Both the position numbers and the translations under genes were made by a program. Below are positions 8,959 through 18,069 of a stretch of 64,000 nt of DNA, in pieces. The notes under the pieces were generated by a model. That model was not told the origin of the DNA and searched no databases. It was given only the letters and a program-made list of their open reading frames with translations. This DNA is from Hoeflea sp. (GTDB taxonomy: Bacteria; Pseudomonadota; Alphaproteobacteria; Rhizobiales; Rhizobiaceae). Where the stretch lies: assembly GCF_965204935.1 (NCBI RefSeq), contig NZ_CBDBFO010000002.1; one strand, written 5' to 3'. Position 1 is the stretch's first letter. Each line of letters starts with the position of its first letter.

Positions 8959-9890
8959 GAGCCGGATTCAAAAGTTATTCAAACGTAACAATACCTTGCG
9001 AGACGCCGCGTCATGAACCGGATGCTTGCTATGAACGCCCACGCGGTTGAGTTCTGGATGGTCCTCTCCCAGTCCCGGGCCAGTCTGCGGCAGCGCCCGA
9101 GCCAGGCGAAAGTTCGTTCCACCACCCATCGACGCGGCAGAACCTTGAAACCGACTGCGCTGTCGCAGCGCTTGACGGTCTCGACCGTCCAGTCGCCATG
9201 CCCCGCGAGCGCTGCTCGCAACTTCGGTCCCGCATAGGCGCCATCGGCGAAGATGTGGCGCAGCCAGGGGAAGCGGTCGCCGACAGCCCTGATCAGGTCG
9301 CAGGCCCCGTCCCTGTCCTGAATGTTGGCGGCGTGAACGATGATGAACAGCATCAGGCCGATCGTATCGGTGACGATGTGTCGCTTGCGGCCCTTGACCT
9401 TCTTGCCGGCGTCATAGCCGCGAACGCCCCCGCTTTCGGTGGTTTTCACGCTCTGGCTGTCGATCACGCCGGCCGTCGGTGAAGCCGCGCGGCCTTCCAG
9501 TTCGCGGGTATTGAGGACCAGGAGGTGATTGATGGCTGCAAAAAGACCCATGCGGCTCCAGGTGTAGAAATAGCCACGTACCGTCGATACCGGTGGGAAC
9601 TGCTTCGGCAGCATGCGCCACTGGCAGCCGCTGGTTGCGATATAAAGGATCGCGTTCATCACCTCGCGCATATCGGTCGTACGCGGTCGTCCACCCCGTT
9701 TTGCCGGCGGAATGAACGGGGCAAGTATCGTCCATTCCTCATCGGTCAAATCGCTTGGAAATCTCAAATGGTCTCTGTTATGTTCGGCGCGGGCGATATC
9801 ATTCCATGGCATCGTGATTCTCCATCTTCTTTGAAAAGACTGTTGAATCACAAACCATTGATATCGCTCAACTACTTTTAAATCCGGCTC
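8959..9890 (-). mobile_element. IS5-family insertion sequence of about 0.93 kb with a single transposase ORF
   Basis: Terminal inverted repeats GAGCCGGATTCAAAAGT (left) and GAGCCGGATTTAAAAGT (right, reverse complement) match at 16 of 17 positions. They are flanked by direct TAA (8956-8958 and 9891-9893). The boundary could equally be read as a 5-bp CTAAG duplication. Confidence 0.85.
8979..9812 (-). CDS. IS5-family DDE transposase
   Basis: MPWNDIARAEHNRDHLRFPSDLTDEEW...VIDSQSVKT...IVTDTIGL...ADGAYAG...RWVVERTFAWL, the DDE_Tnp_1-like layout. The ORF-track extension to 10025 runs out of the IS and is spurious. Confidence 0.85.
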   Translation of the reverse strand: MPWNDIARAEHNRDHLRFPSDLTDEEWTILAPFIPPAKRGGRPRTTDMREVMNAILYIATSGCQWRMLPKQFPPVSTVRGYFYTWSRMGLFAAINHLLVLNTRELEGRAASPTAGVIDSQSVKTTESGGVRGYDAGKKVKGRKRHIVTDTIGLMLFIIVHAANIQDRDGACDLIRAVGDRFPWLRHIFADGAYAGPKLRAALAGHGDWTVETVKRCDSAVGFKVLPRRWVVERTFAWLGRCRRLARDWERTIQNSTAWAFIASIRFMTRRLARYCYV

Positions 9891-10802
9891 TAAGATCGAA
9901 CGTGTCATGATCCGCCATGTGCCCGAGGCTGCAACCCAGCGCCTGCTGCTGGAATCGGGCGATGTGGACATGGCCAAGAACCTGACGCCCGACCAGATCG
10001 CCGGTCTTTCGGGCAATGCGGACATTAAGGTGGAAACCTATCCGCAGACCGCCGTGCACTGGTTCAGCTTCAACCAGAAACACGAACCGCTGACCAACCC
10101 CGCATTGTGGGAGGCATCGCGCTACCTCGTTGACTACAACGGCATGGCCGACAGTTTCCTCAAAGGTCAGATGGAAGTGCATCAGGCCTTTTGGCCGGAA
10201 GGCTTCCCCGGCGCACTGACGGAAACGCCGTTCGAATACAACCCCGAAAAGGCCAAGGCCATTCTCGAGGAAGCGGGCGTCGAATTGCCGTTGACGATCG
10301 AGCTTGACGTGATCAACGCCGAGCCCTTCACCGATATCGCCGCGAGCCTGCAGCAGACATTCGCCCCTGCCGGGATCAACTTCGAGATTCTGCCCGGCAC
10401 CGGTGCGCAGGTCATCACCAAGTACCGGGCGCGCACCCATCAGGGCATGCTGCTTTATTGGGGACCGGACTTCATGGATCCGCACTCCAACGCCAAGGCG
10501 TTCGCCTACAACGCGGACAATTCCGATGACAAATACGTCTCGACCACGACCTGGCGCAATGCGTGGATGCCGCCTGCGGAAATCAACGAAAAGACCAAGG
10601 CGGCGCTCGCCGAGCAGGATCCTGAGGCGCGCAACAAGATGTATGTCGAATTGCAGCAGGCCATGCAGGAAGAGGCGCCTTTCGTGATCATGTTCCAGGC
10701 GGTCAAGCAGGTCGCCATGGATGACAACGTCAACGGCTTCGTCAACGGTGCCAACGCCGATTACGTCTATTACCGCCTCGTCGAAAAACAATAACACCCG
10801 CT

Positions 10803-10827
10803 GCCCGGGCGCTGCATGCGCCCGGGC
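10803..10827 (+). terminator. GC-rich hairpin downstream of the binding-protein gene, with no U-tract
   Basis: GCCCGGGCGC-TGCAT-GCGCCCGGGC, a perfect 10-bp stem 9 nt after the stop at 10794. Confidence 0.35.
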
Positions 10828-10856
10828 GGACCATCATTACGCAAGACAGAAATCAC

Positions 10857-11309
10857 ATGGATACTTTTACGGCGTTGCACGACGCAGCCAAAGCGGCCTG
10901 CGGCGCGCAGCTCTTCACTGTCACAATGCTGGATCGCAATGCCGGCGTCGCCTGGCGGGCATACACGTCACACCCGGAGGATTACCCCGTCACCGGCACC
11001 AAGCCCATGGGTGAGAGTGACTGGACACGGCAGGTTATCGAACGAGGCGAGACCTTCGTCGCCAATGAAACGGCCGCCTTTGCGCCCTATTTTTCGGACC
11101 ACGCGCTGATCAACGCCCTCGGGTGCGAAGCCGCGCTGAATATCCCGGTCGCCGATGACGCCGAGGTCCAGGGAACGGTAAACATCCTGGACAAGCAAGG
11201 CCACTTCACGCCGGAGCGCGTGGCGGCTCTGGAAGGCCTCGTGGCCGATGCCCGCGTCGATCTGCTCAACACTTTCAGGGCGATACGTGACGGTAGCGTC
11301 AGGGACTGA
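10857..11309 (+). CDS. Stand-alone GAF-domain protein
   Basis: 150-aa ORF. The ...ALNIPV..D..V.GTVNILD... pattern and size are typical of single-domain GAF proteins. Confidence 0.7.
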   Translation: MDTFTALHDAAKAACGAQLFTVTMLDRNAGVAWRAYTSHPEDYPVTGTKPMGESDWTRQVIERGETFVANETAAFAPYFSDHALINALGCEAALNIPVADDAEVQGTVNILDKQGHFTPERVAALEGLVADARVDLLNTFRAIRDGSVRD

Positions 11310-11440
11310 TTTTGGCCGCTTGCCGGCCCTCATGAGCTGAATTGCAACCGATCCACCACTTGATGTATTGGCCCAATGCATGGGGTCGGAACAAGCACTG
11401 CCGCCGGCCGCTATGAGAACGTGGCGTCGGGTTTGGTCTT

Positions 11441-11893
11441 CTAATTCAGATGATCAAGGACGGTTTTGGCCTCGGTCCGGCAAGCGGCGCTCAAACGGTT
11501 TGTCCACGCATATAGGCACGCCAGGGTCCTGTCCTGACCGGGCTTCACGCCGGCGCAATGAACCTTGATGTCGGAAGCGCAGATCTTTCTCAGATTGGCC
11601 TCATAGGCCGTGTCGTTCTTGCTCCGGACATCCGGCGGTATCATGCGTTCAAATATGCGGCTTGTAGTGACCTTCTTCAATTCGGGCTCGCACATTTTGG
11701 AAATCTTGTTGCTGTGGGCATAAAGGCAGGCAGAAATCCGGCCGCGCCCTTCCCGCACGCCCTTGCAATTCGCGTCGATGTCAGCCTTGCAGGCCTCCAT
11801 CAGACCGGCCGCCTGAACGGTATGCGTTCCACTTAAAGTCATCACAAGCACTGAAGCAGCAAGAAGCATTGCGGCTCTGGTAAAGCTGAACAT
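11441..11893 (-). CDS. Secreted cysteine-rich repeat protein with two 4-Cys modules
   Basis: Signal peptide MFSFTRAAMLLAASVLVMTLSGTHTVQA. Two copies of C-x3-DI-x3-C-x-GV-x2-G-x2-R-x2-ACLYA-x8-C. Confidence 0.65.
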   Translation of the reverse strand: MFSFTRAAMLLAASVLVMTLSGTHTVQAAGLMEACKADIDANCKGVREGRGRISACLYAHSNKISKMCEPELKKVTTSRIFERMIPPDVRSKNDTAYEANLRKICASDIKVHCAGVKPGQDRTLACLYAWTNRLSAACRTEAKTVLDHLN

Positions 11894-12213
11894 CGAAAGT
11901 CACCCCCTGGATGCGAACCGCCAAAACTCTGCCGGCTAAATCACCGTTCCATCATGCAGCGCAATCACCCTGCACATCAAGCAGATAGATCACGGGTGGG
12001 GAAGGCCCATGGGGCAAGCGGCATTATTTTTTTCCGGACAACGGACTGACAAGCGTCGTTCCCGGTGAACAGGCACACGGGACACCCCTTCCCGGCGCTG
12101 TTCCCAAGATTACCCGACTCAGTTACCATCGCACACACTTTCTACGCGCATAGGGGGCGCCAGGCTCCGTTACGGGGCTTCCATACCGGTACATCAACCC
12201 TGGAGAGACTTGG

Positions 12214-12369
12214 ATGGAAATCAACGTCGTCACCATACAGCCGCTGATCGCGCTGATCGCCGGCATCCTGATCCTCATCATGCCGCGCCTGCTGAACTAT
12301 GTTGTCGCCTTCTATCTGATCCTGTTCGGCGTTCTCGGCCTGTGGCCGAACATTATGGGCGGCGGATAG
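12214..12369 (+). CDS. Small (51-aa) membrane protein, DUF3096-like
   Basis: Not in the ORF track because it is under 60 aa. GGAGAG lies 6 nt upstream of the ATG. Translation: MEINVVTIQPLIALIAGILILIMPRLLNYVVAFYLILFGVLGLWPNIMGGG. The family assignment is from memory of the PRLLNY motif. Confidence 0.55.
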   Translation: MEINVVTIQPLIALIAGILILIMPRLLNYVVAFYLILFGVLGLWPNIMGGG

Positions 12370-12371
12370 TT

Positions 12372-13901
12372 TCAGGCCGATCCGACGGGTTGGCGGTTCG
12401 GTCCGATATCGTCGGGACGCTGTTCGAGATAGCCGATCAGCCGTTCACGCATGTCACGCGCGGACGGATCATCGAAGATATTGGTCATTTCATGCGGATC
12501 GTTGATCAGATCATACATTTCGCCGGCGCCCGACCGCAGGTCCATCGTCAGCTTGTGGGTCTTCGTGCGCACGGTGCGCAAGGATAGCGCAACGCCAACG
12601 CGCGCCGGCAACAGCTCCCATTCATTGAGCGCGAATGCGCGCGGCGCCGCCGCACCCTCCATGAGCGGCCGCAGGCTCTTCCCGTGCTGCATCAGGAGCG
12701 GTTCCGCGCCCGACAGGTCGAAGAGCGTCGGCGCAATGTCGAGCGTCGAGACCGGCTCGTCGACAATTGCGTCCGTTGCCACGCCCGGACCACGCACGAT
12801 CATCGGAACGCGCAACAGCCCTTCATAGTGCATCGGCCCCTTCAGCACGAGGCCGTGGTCGCCGAGCCAGTCGCCATGGTCGGAGATATAGATGACATAG
12901 GTGTTTTCATCGAGCCCGGCATCAGCGAGCGCATTCATCAGCCGGCCGATATTATCGTCGATGAAGGAAAGCTGACCGAACGTGTTGGCGATGATCTCAC
13001 GCAGCTGTTCATCGCTCTGCTCCTGGATGCGGCTGTAGGCTTTCCGCATCTTGACGTTCTCGGCATCGCCCACCGGTTCGTTTTCGACCGCCGCCGCATG
13101 CCACCAGGGCCGGTTGCCGAAGTCACGGGTGCGGTGTTCGGGCAGCTTGATTTCGGAAGCATCGTGCAGCCGTGACCAGGGCTCGGGGCAGTCGAAGGGG
13201 TGATGCGGGTCGGGGAAACTGACCCAGGCACAGAAGGGCTGGTCTTCATTGCGGCCGTATTTCAGCCACTCGATCGCCCGGTCGGCGGTCCACGGTGTAT
13301 TGTGGAAGGCAAGCGGCAGTTGCGAGTGCCAGGTCTGCGCCGCGCCCTTCGTGTCGCCGCCGTTTTTCCAGTAGAGTTCCTGCAGTTCCTCGCCGCGCCC
13401 GCCACGGTGAAAGAACCGCTCGAAATGCTGGCCGCGCGGGGGTTTTTCCGGGGCGAACCAGTTGTGCCCGACAAGCATCAGCTCGACATGGTCGAAGCCC
13501 ATATAGGGCCCGTACCAGTCGTCGCCATAGTCCTCGGAGGAGAGCACGCTTTCGGGAGAGCCGGTCTTGTGGCGGGCGTGGTAGGTGGCGAAATGCGCCT
13601 TGCCGAAGAATCCTGTCTGGTAGCCGCTTGCCGCCAGCGCCCCGGCAAATCCCTTCTCGCCGATATCCGGATCGAGGTCGATGCCGTTGTCGTGCACACC
13701 GTGTGTCCGGCAAAGCTGACCGGTCAGGATCGAGGCCCGCGCCGGCTGGCACACGACACATGAGGTAATGCAGGCCGAGAACCGCGTCCCCTCAAGGCAC
13801 AACCGGTCCAGATTGGGCGTCTTGACGCCGCGGCCCTCGACACCGATGCAATCGCCGCGCTGCTGGTCCGCCGATATGATGAGGAAGTTCGGTCTGGTCA
13901 T
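12372..13901 (-). CDS. Sulfatase (arylsulfatase family, Cys-type), no signal peptide
   Basis: N-terminus NFLIISADQQRGD (metal ligands) and formylglycine motif C-Q-P-A-R-ASILTG. Confidence 0.85.
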   Translation of the reverse strand: MTRPNFLIISADQQRGDCIGVEGRGVKTPNLDRLCLEGTRFSACITSCVVCQPARASILTGQLCRTHGVHDNGIDLDPDIGEKGFAGALAASGYQTGFFGKAHFATYHARHKTGSPESVLSSEDYGDDWYGPYMGFDHVELMLVGHNWFAPEKPPRGQHFERFFHRGGRGEELQELYWKNGGDTKGAAQTWHSQLPLAFHNTPWTADRAIEWLKYGRNEDQPFCAWVSFPDPHHPFDCPEPWSRLHDASEIKLPEHRTRDFGNRPWWHAAAVENEPVGDAENVKMRKAYSRIQEQSDEQLREIIANTFGQLSFIDDNIGRLMNALADAGLDENTYVIYISDHGDWLGDHGLVLKGPMHYEGLLRVPMIVRGPGVATDAIVDEPVSTLDIAPTLFDLSGAEPLLMQHGKSLRPLMEGAAAPRAFALNEWELLPARVGVALSLRTVRTKTHKLTMDLRSGAGEMYDLINDPHEMTNIFDDPSARDMRERLIGYLEQRPDDIGPNRQPVGSA

Positions 13902-13924
13902 CTGTGTCGCGTCCGGGTTTGTTT

Positions 13925-14755
13925 CTAATGGGAGATGAGAATGGGCAGCTTCGCATTTTCCAGCACGAAGCGTGTGACACCGCCGAAAAGCTCCTCGCGG
14001 AACATGCTGTGCTCATAGGCGCCCATGACCAGGAGGCCGGCGCCCTCCCTGTCGCAGAAATCGAGAATGGTCTGCCCGACGCTCTTGGCGTTCAGCGGCA
14101 GTTCGGTCACCTCCACGTCGATGTCATGGCGCGCAAGCGCCGTCGCGACATCGATGCCTTCAAGGGTCTTTCCGCGCTCGCCGTCATCGACGGTGAGCAC
14201 GGTGACCTTCTGCTTGGTCTCCAGGATCTGCATTGCGTCATTCATCGCCCTGGTGGCCGTGCGGTGGCCATCCCAGGCAAGAACGGCATGCTCGTGGATC
14301 TGCTCCGGACGGTAGTCGCGCGGAACGACGAGAACGGGGCGGCCGCTGCGCATGGCGATGCGGTCGGGATGCAGCTCCAGCCGCTTGCTTCCCTGCAGGA
14401 TATCGCGGCGGCCGACAATGGTCAGATCGTACATGCGCGCATAATCGGCAACGGTTGCGTCGGACTCGCCGCTGCTCTCGATCCAGTGCAGGCGGTCCTG
14501 CGGAACACGGCCCGCAATGGCTTGCGTGAACCGCTCGCGAATGCCGGCATGGGCGTCGGCCTCGAGCGTGTCCAGCGTCTCCCGGACGGTATCAGGGACC
14601 CAGGTGTAGCGGTTCAGGCGGGATGTCGCGCTGGCATGGGCAAAGAGACCCGTGACATGCGCTCCGTATTTTTCGTGCGCCAGCACCGCCGAATGCACCG
14701 CCGCATCGGAGGATTCGGAGCCGTTATAGGCAACGAGAATATTCTTGATGGCCAT
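13925..14755 (-). CDS. Universal stress protein with tandem Usp domains
   Basis: 276 aa. MAIKNILVAYNGSESS... and a C-terminal ...GAGLLVMGAYEHS motif. AGGAGG lies upstream. Confidence 0.85.
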   Translation of the reverse strand: MAIKNILVAYNGSESSDAAVHSAVLAHEKYGAHVTGLFAHASATSRLNRYTWVPDTVRETLDTLEADAHAGIRERFTQAIAGRVPQDRLHWIESSGESDATVADYARMYDLTIVGRRDILQGSKRLELHPDRIAMRSGRPVLVVPRDYRPEQIHEHAVLAWDGHRTATRAMNDAMQILETKQKVTVLTVDDGERGKTLEGIDVATALARHDIDVEVTELPLNAKSVGQTILDFCDREGAGLLVMGAYEHSMFREELFGGVTRFVLENAKLPILISH

Positions 14756-14764
14756 GGCCGCCTC

Positions 14765-16375
14765 CTATGTCGAAGCCTGCGAGGCACGGGCACGCGTGTT
14801 GCGCGCCGTCAAAAGGATCACCCCGACCGACAGCACCATGAAGACCGCCGCGATCGGATGGGTGAACAGGAACCAGGGATCGCCGCCCGTCGCCGCGAAG
14901 GCCTGCCGTGCGCTTTCTTCCAGCTTGCCGCCGAGGATGAAGGCGATGACGAAGGGCAGCGGCGAGATGGCGACCACCCGCATGAGATAGCCCAGCAGAC
15001 CGAAACCGAGTGTGAACCAGATCGCGTCCATGCGCGTTTCCTGCACATAGATGGCCGTCAGGGTCAGCAGCAGAACAGTCGGCAGAAGCACCTGTTTCGG
15101 AATGCGGGTCATGACACCCATCGAGCGCATGAAGACACCGCCGATAGTCCAGTTGAGGAGGTTGGCGATCAGCATCGCGGTGAACAGGCCGAACGCAATG
15201 ACCAGCTCGGGATTGACGGATTCGCTGGTGAAGCGGAACACCGAAGGCCCTGGATTGAAGCCGCCGATACTGTCGGCGGCAAGGATCAGGAAGACGGCGG
15301 CGGCATTGCCCGGGATACCGAGTGACAGGACCGGTATCAGGTTGGCGCCCGAAACGGAGGAATTTGCTGCTTCCGTCGCCGCGATACCTTCCGGTGCGCC
15401 CTTTCCGAAATCCGGATCATCGGGCGATTTTGTGCGCTGGTATCGTGCCTTGCCGACCGTGTAGCCGATCGTTGCGGCGAGCGTCGAGCCGATGCCCGGC
15501 AGCGCGCCGATGGCCGTGCCGATCACCGCCGAGCGGCCGATATGCGGGACAAGCCGACGGATTTCCTTCAAGTGCAGCCGCTGGTCGCCGCGGTCCTCCA
15601 CGGTGCCGACGAGCAGGCCGCTTTCGCGCTTCTCGCGCCACAGGTCGGTGAGTTCCTTGAACACCGCCCCGACGATCAGGACACCCAGAATTGCCGTCGC
15701 AAGGGGAAATCCCTGCGCGAGGACCTTGCTGTCCATCGACAGGCGCGGATAAAAGTCCTCCCCGGTCCCCACATAGGCGACCAGCAGGCCGAGACCCGTT
15801 GAAATCAGGCCCTTCGCCGGCGAGCCGCCGATCACCGCCGCGATGAACGACAGCGACAGGATCAACAAGGCCGTCTTTTCGGGCAGGTCGAGATAGCCCT
15901 CGACGAGCAGCGCCAGGAACGGCGCGCAGATAAAGAGCACCATATCGGAGAAGGTATCGCCGCTGACGGAGGAGAGATGGGCGACGCGCAGCGCCTTTTT
16001 CGCCTGACCGTTCCGGGTCATCGGGTATCCGTCGAGCGTCGTCATATAGGCATCGGGCGTGCCGGGCGTATTGAAGAGGATTGCCGGCACCGCGCCGCCG
16101 ATCGTCGCCCCCTTCATGACGCCGATCAGGAATCCCATGACCGGCAGCAGCGCATCCGGCGTATAGCCGAAGATCGAGATCAGGATGGGCAATGCGATCG
16201 CCATGGCGATGGGCCCGGCAAGCCCCGGTGTGGCTCCGACGGCAATGCCGAGGAAGAACCCGGCGAAGATCATCACGATGGTCACCGGGACGGGCACGCC
16301 GAAAAGCGTGAAAAGCTCCGGCCCGAGGAAGACGGCAAGCACACCCGCCCAGATATAGTCGATCGCGCCCATCAC
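14765..16375 (-). CDS. tctA: Tripartite tricarboxylate transporter (TTT) large permease, TctA family
   Basis: 536-aa polytopic protein with typical TctA length and a Gly/Ala-rich helix pattern. Overlaps tctB by 4 bp. Confidence 0.9.
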   Translation of the reverse strand: MMGAIDYIWAGVLAVFLGPELFTLFGVPVPVTIVMIFAGFFLGIAVGATPGLAGPIAMAIALPILISIFGYTPDALLPVMGFLIGVMKGATIGGAVPAILFNTPGTPDAYMTTLDGYPMTRNGQAKKALRVAHLSSVSGDTFSDMVLFICAPFLALLVEGYLDLPEKTALLILSLSFIAAVIGGSPAKGLISTGLGLLVAYVGTGEDFYPRLSMDSKVLAQGFPLATAILGVLIVGAVFKELTDLWREKRESGLLVGTVEDRGDQRLHLKEIRRLVPHIGRSAVIGTAIGALPGIGSTLAATIGYTVGKARYQRTKSPDDPDFGKGAPEGIAATEAANSSVSGANLIPVLSLGIPGNAAAVFLILAADSIGGFNPGPSVFRFTSESVNPELVIAFGLFTAMLIANLLNWTIGGVFMRSMGVMTRIPKQVLLPTVLLLTLTAIYVQETRMDAIWFTLGFGLLGYLMRVVAISPLPFVIAFILGGKLEESARQAFAATGGDPWFLFTHPIAAVFMVLSVGVILLTARNTRARASQAST

Positions 16376-16938
16376 ACATCACCGTTCGGCGGCAGCAACA
16401 GGTCGTCAAAGGGAAGATCGTAGATGGCGATCATCACCAGTACGGCGATCACGCCGGTCAGCACGGCACGTGGCGTAACGCGGCCCTCGACCAGGCTGAT
16501 CAGCCCGCCGATCATCAGCGTTCCGCCGAAGAAGAAGCCGGTGTATTTCCACGGCGCGCTGTCGCGCAACAGCCGGTATTCGAGCGGTGTTTCGCGGCTT
16601 AGATTGACGAGCGCCACCAGGGCCGGTCCGCCGTAGCGCATGACGAGGAAACTCGATGCCAGAAGCACGAACACCACCGCCATGAAGCCGAGATTGACGA
16701 GATCGATCTCCGGCTGGTCGGGCGCATTGCGTTCAAAGAGGATGAGGATCAGGCCACCGATCAGCAGGAAAAGCCCCGCCACGGTCGGCGCCAATGCATC
16801 CCCGATCGTCACCTGGCGCCGGACCTTTTCGATCAGACCCGTATCGGTATCGAGCGGGATCCACACGAAGATCAGGAGCAGCGCGAAGGCCGCAAAGCAG
16901 ATGCCAAGGACAAGATTGGATCGGGATTCATTCGACAT
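16372..16938 (-). CDS. tctB: TTT small membrane subunit, TctB family
   Basis: 188-aa protein with 4 TM helices, positioned between tctC and tctA. Confidence 0.75.
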   Translation of the reverse strand: MSNESRSNLVLGICFAAFALLLIFVWIPLDTDTGLIEKVRRQVTIGDALAPTVAGLFLLIGGLILILFERNAPDQPEIDLVNLGFMAVVFVLLASSFLVMRYGGPALVALVNLSRETPLEYRLLRDSAPWKYTGFFFGGTLMIGGLISLVEGRVTPRAVLTGVIAVLVMIAIYDLPFDDLLLPPNGDV

Positions 16939-17001
16939 GGTCTCTCCTCCCGAGGATGCTGCACGGACGGGCCTGTCCTGCGACAGGCCCGCCTGGAGAC
17001 G

Positions 17002-17955
17002 CTATTCGGATGCGGCGTCCAGGAGTTTTCCGGCGCTTTCGTAGCTGTTTTGCATCAGCGCGGTCAGATCATCGCCCGTGACCACGGTGGCGCCGCCGAA
17101 ATTGTTCTTGATGAGGCCACCTGCCTTGGTGTTCTCATCGGAGACAACGTCGGCAATGGCCTTCGCCAGCGCGTCGCGTGCTTCCGCCGGCATGCCGGCC
17201 GGTCCGACAAAGACAAACTGTCCGTCTGAATCGAATTCGACACCGAGATCTGCAAATGTCGGCGCGTCGGGGGTTTGGACCAGCGGTGCCGAAAGCGCCG
17301 AAGCCAGGTTGACCAGGTCACCGGCCGCCACGCCCTTCGCCTGGATACCAGCCATGAAGCCGAGATCGAGGTCACCGGCATTGACGCCGTCCATGACGGC
17401 CTTGCCGCCCTTGACCGAGACGATGTTGAAATCAACGCCCTGCGCCTTGCCGAGAAGGTAGGCAAGATCCGCCAGGCGCGGGCTCATGGCACCGAAACGC
17501 AGCTCCTCGCCACCATTCGCGGCGGCGACGACATCCTCGAACGATTCCCAGCCCTTGGAGGACAGGGCCACCACGCCCATCTGGAAACCCGCAGTTGTCG
17601 AAAGGCCGGTGAAGTCGGCCGGAGTCATGCCGGATTTCGGCGCCGCCGCCATGTTGTAGCCGAAGGTCTCGGTCACGGCCATGCCGATCACCGTCCCGTC
17701 ATTGGGCATGTCCTTGAGCGCTGCCGCCATGTTCATCCCGCCCTTGCCAGTGACCTGCTCGGGGATGAACTTCCAGCCGAGGCGGCTCTCGAGCTCCTCG
17801 GCGATCAGCCGCGCCTGTGTATCGGCGCCGCCACCCGCGCGAAATGCGATCAGCAGCTTGATCGGACCCGGCGGTGTCCAATCCGCGGCCATGGCGCCGG
17901 TTGCCGTCGCGGCGGCAATGAGGGTGGCGATCCCCAGTCGAATAAGTCTTTTCAT
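17002..17955 (-). CDS. tctC: TTT periplasmic substrate-binding protein, TctC/Bug family
   Basis: Signal peptide MKRLIRLGIATLIAAATATGAMA after GGGAGGA. Bug-family size. The ORF-track start at 18009 is an upstream TTG extension. Confidence 0.85.
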   Translation of the reverse strand: MKRLIRLGIATLIAAATATGAMAADWTPPGPIKLLIAFRAGGGADTQARLIAEELESRLGWKFIPEQVTGKGGMNMAAALKDMPNDGTVIGMAVTETFGYNMAAAPKSGMTPADFTGLSTTAGFQMGVVALSSKGWESFEDVVAAANGGEELRFGAMSPRLADLAYLLGKAQGVDFNIVSVKGGKAVMDGVNAGDLDLGFMAGIQAKGVAAGDLVNLASALSAPLVQTPDAPTFADLGVEFDSDGQFVFVGPAGMPAEARDALAKAIADVVSDENTKAGGLIKNNFGGATVVTGDDLTALMQNSYESAGKLLDAASE

Positions 17956-17994
17956 TTGATCCTCCCGTTCAACTGGGCAGAGGCTCTCACAATT

Positions 17995-18030
17995 TAGTTG
18001 ATAGGTCAACTAAAAAGTTGACAAGTCAAC
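17995..18030. promoter_or_regulatory. Two adjacent perfect palindromes, candidate MarR operators, in the tctC-marR divergent region
   Basis: TAGTTGA-TAGG-TCAACTA at 17995-18012 and GTTGAC-AA-GTCAAC at 18017-18030. Both share the GTTGA/TCAAC half-site. Confidence 0.45.
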
Positions 18031-18069
18031 CAATCGGCCTATGATTGGCAATCAAAAGAAGAGGACCGC

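Larger units (their letters stand above)
8264..10794 (+). pseudogene. ABC peptide/nickel-type substrate-binding protein (family 5) disrupted by an IS insertion
   Basis: The N-terminal part (8264-8958) has a signal peptide MKYLPNLLKAAAVSLVALSAAPAWA. The C-terminal part (9891-10794) resumes in frame. Removing the IS and one TAA copy restores ...YWNTAPKIERVMIRHVPEAATQRLLLESGDVD... Confidence 0.85.

Noticed and set aside
9868-10797. A 309-aa minus-strand ORF covering the 3' part of the binding-protein gene.
   Set aside because: It is antisense to a reading frame with a clear family-5 binding-protein sequence, and its composition is low-complexity.
13904-15325. A 473-aa plus-strand ORF antisense to the USP and TctA genes. 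Similar long shadow ORFs were also noted: 18693..20039 (-), 20971..22068 (+), 25969..27072 (-), 28744..29769 (+), 33092..34282 (+), 40540..41940 (+), 43143..44366 (-), 51867..53111 (+), 54233..55750 (+) and 61992..63020 (+).
   Set aside because: All lie opposite or out of frame to genes with clear family motifs. They have an Arg/Gly/Asp/His-biased composition with no motifs. Open antisense frames of this kind are expected in high-GC DNA.
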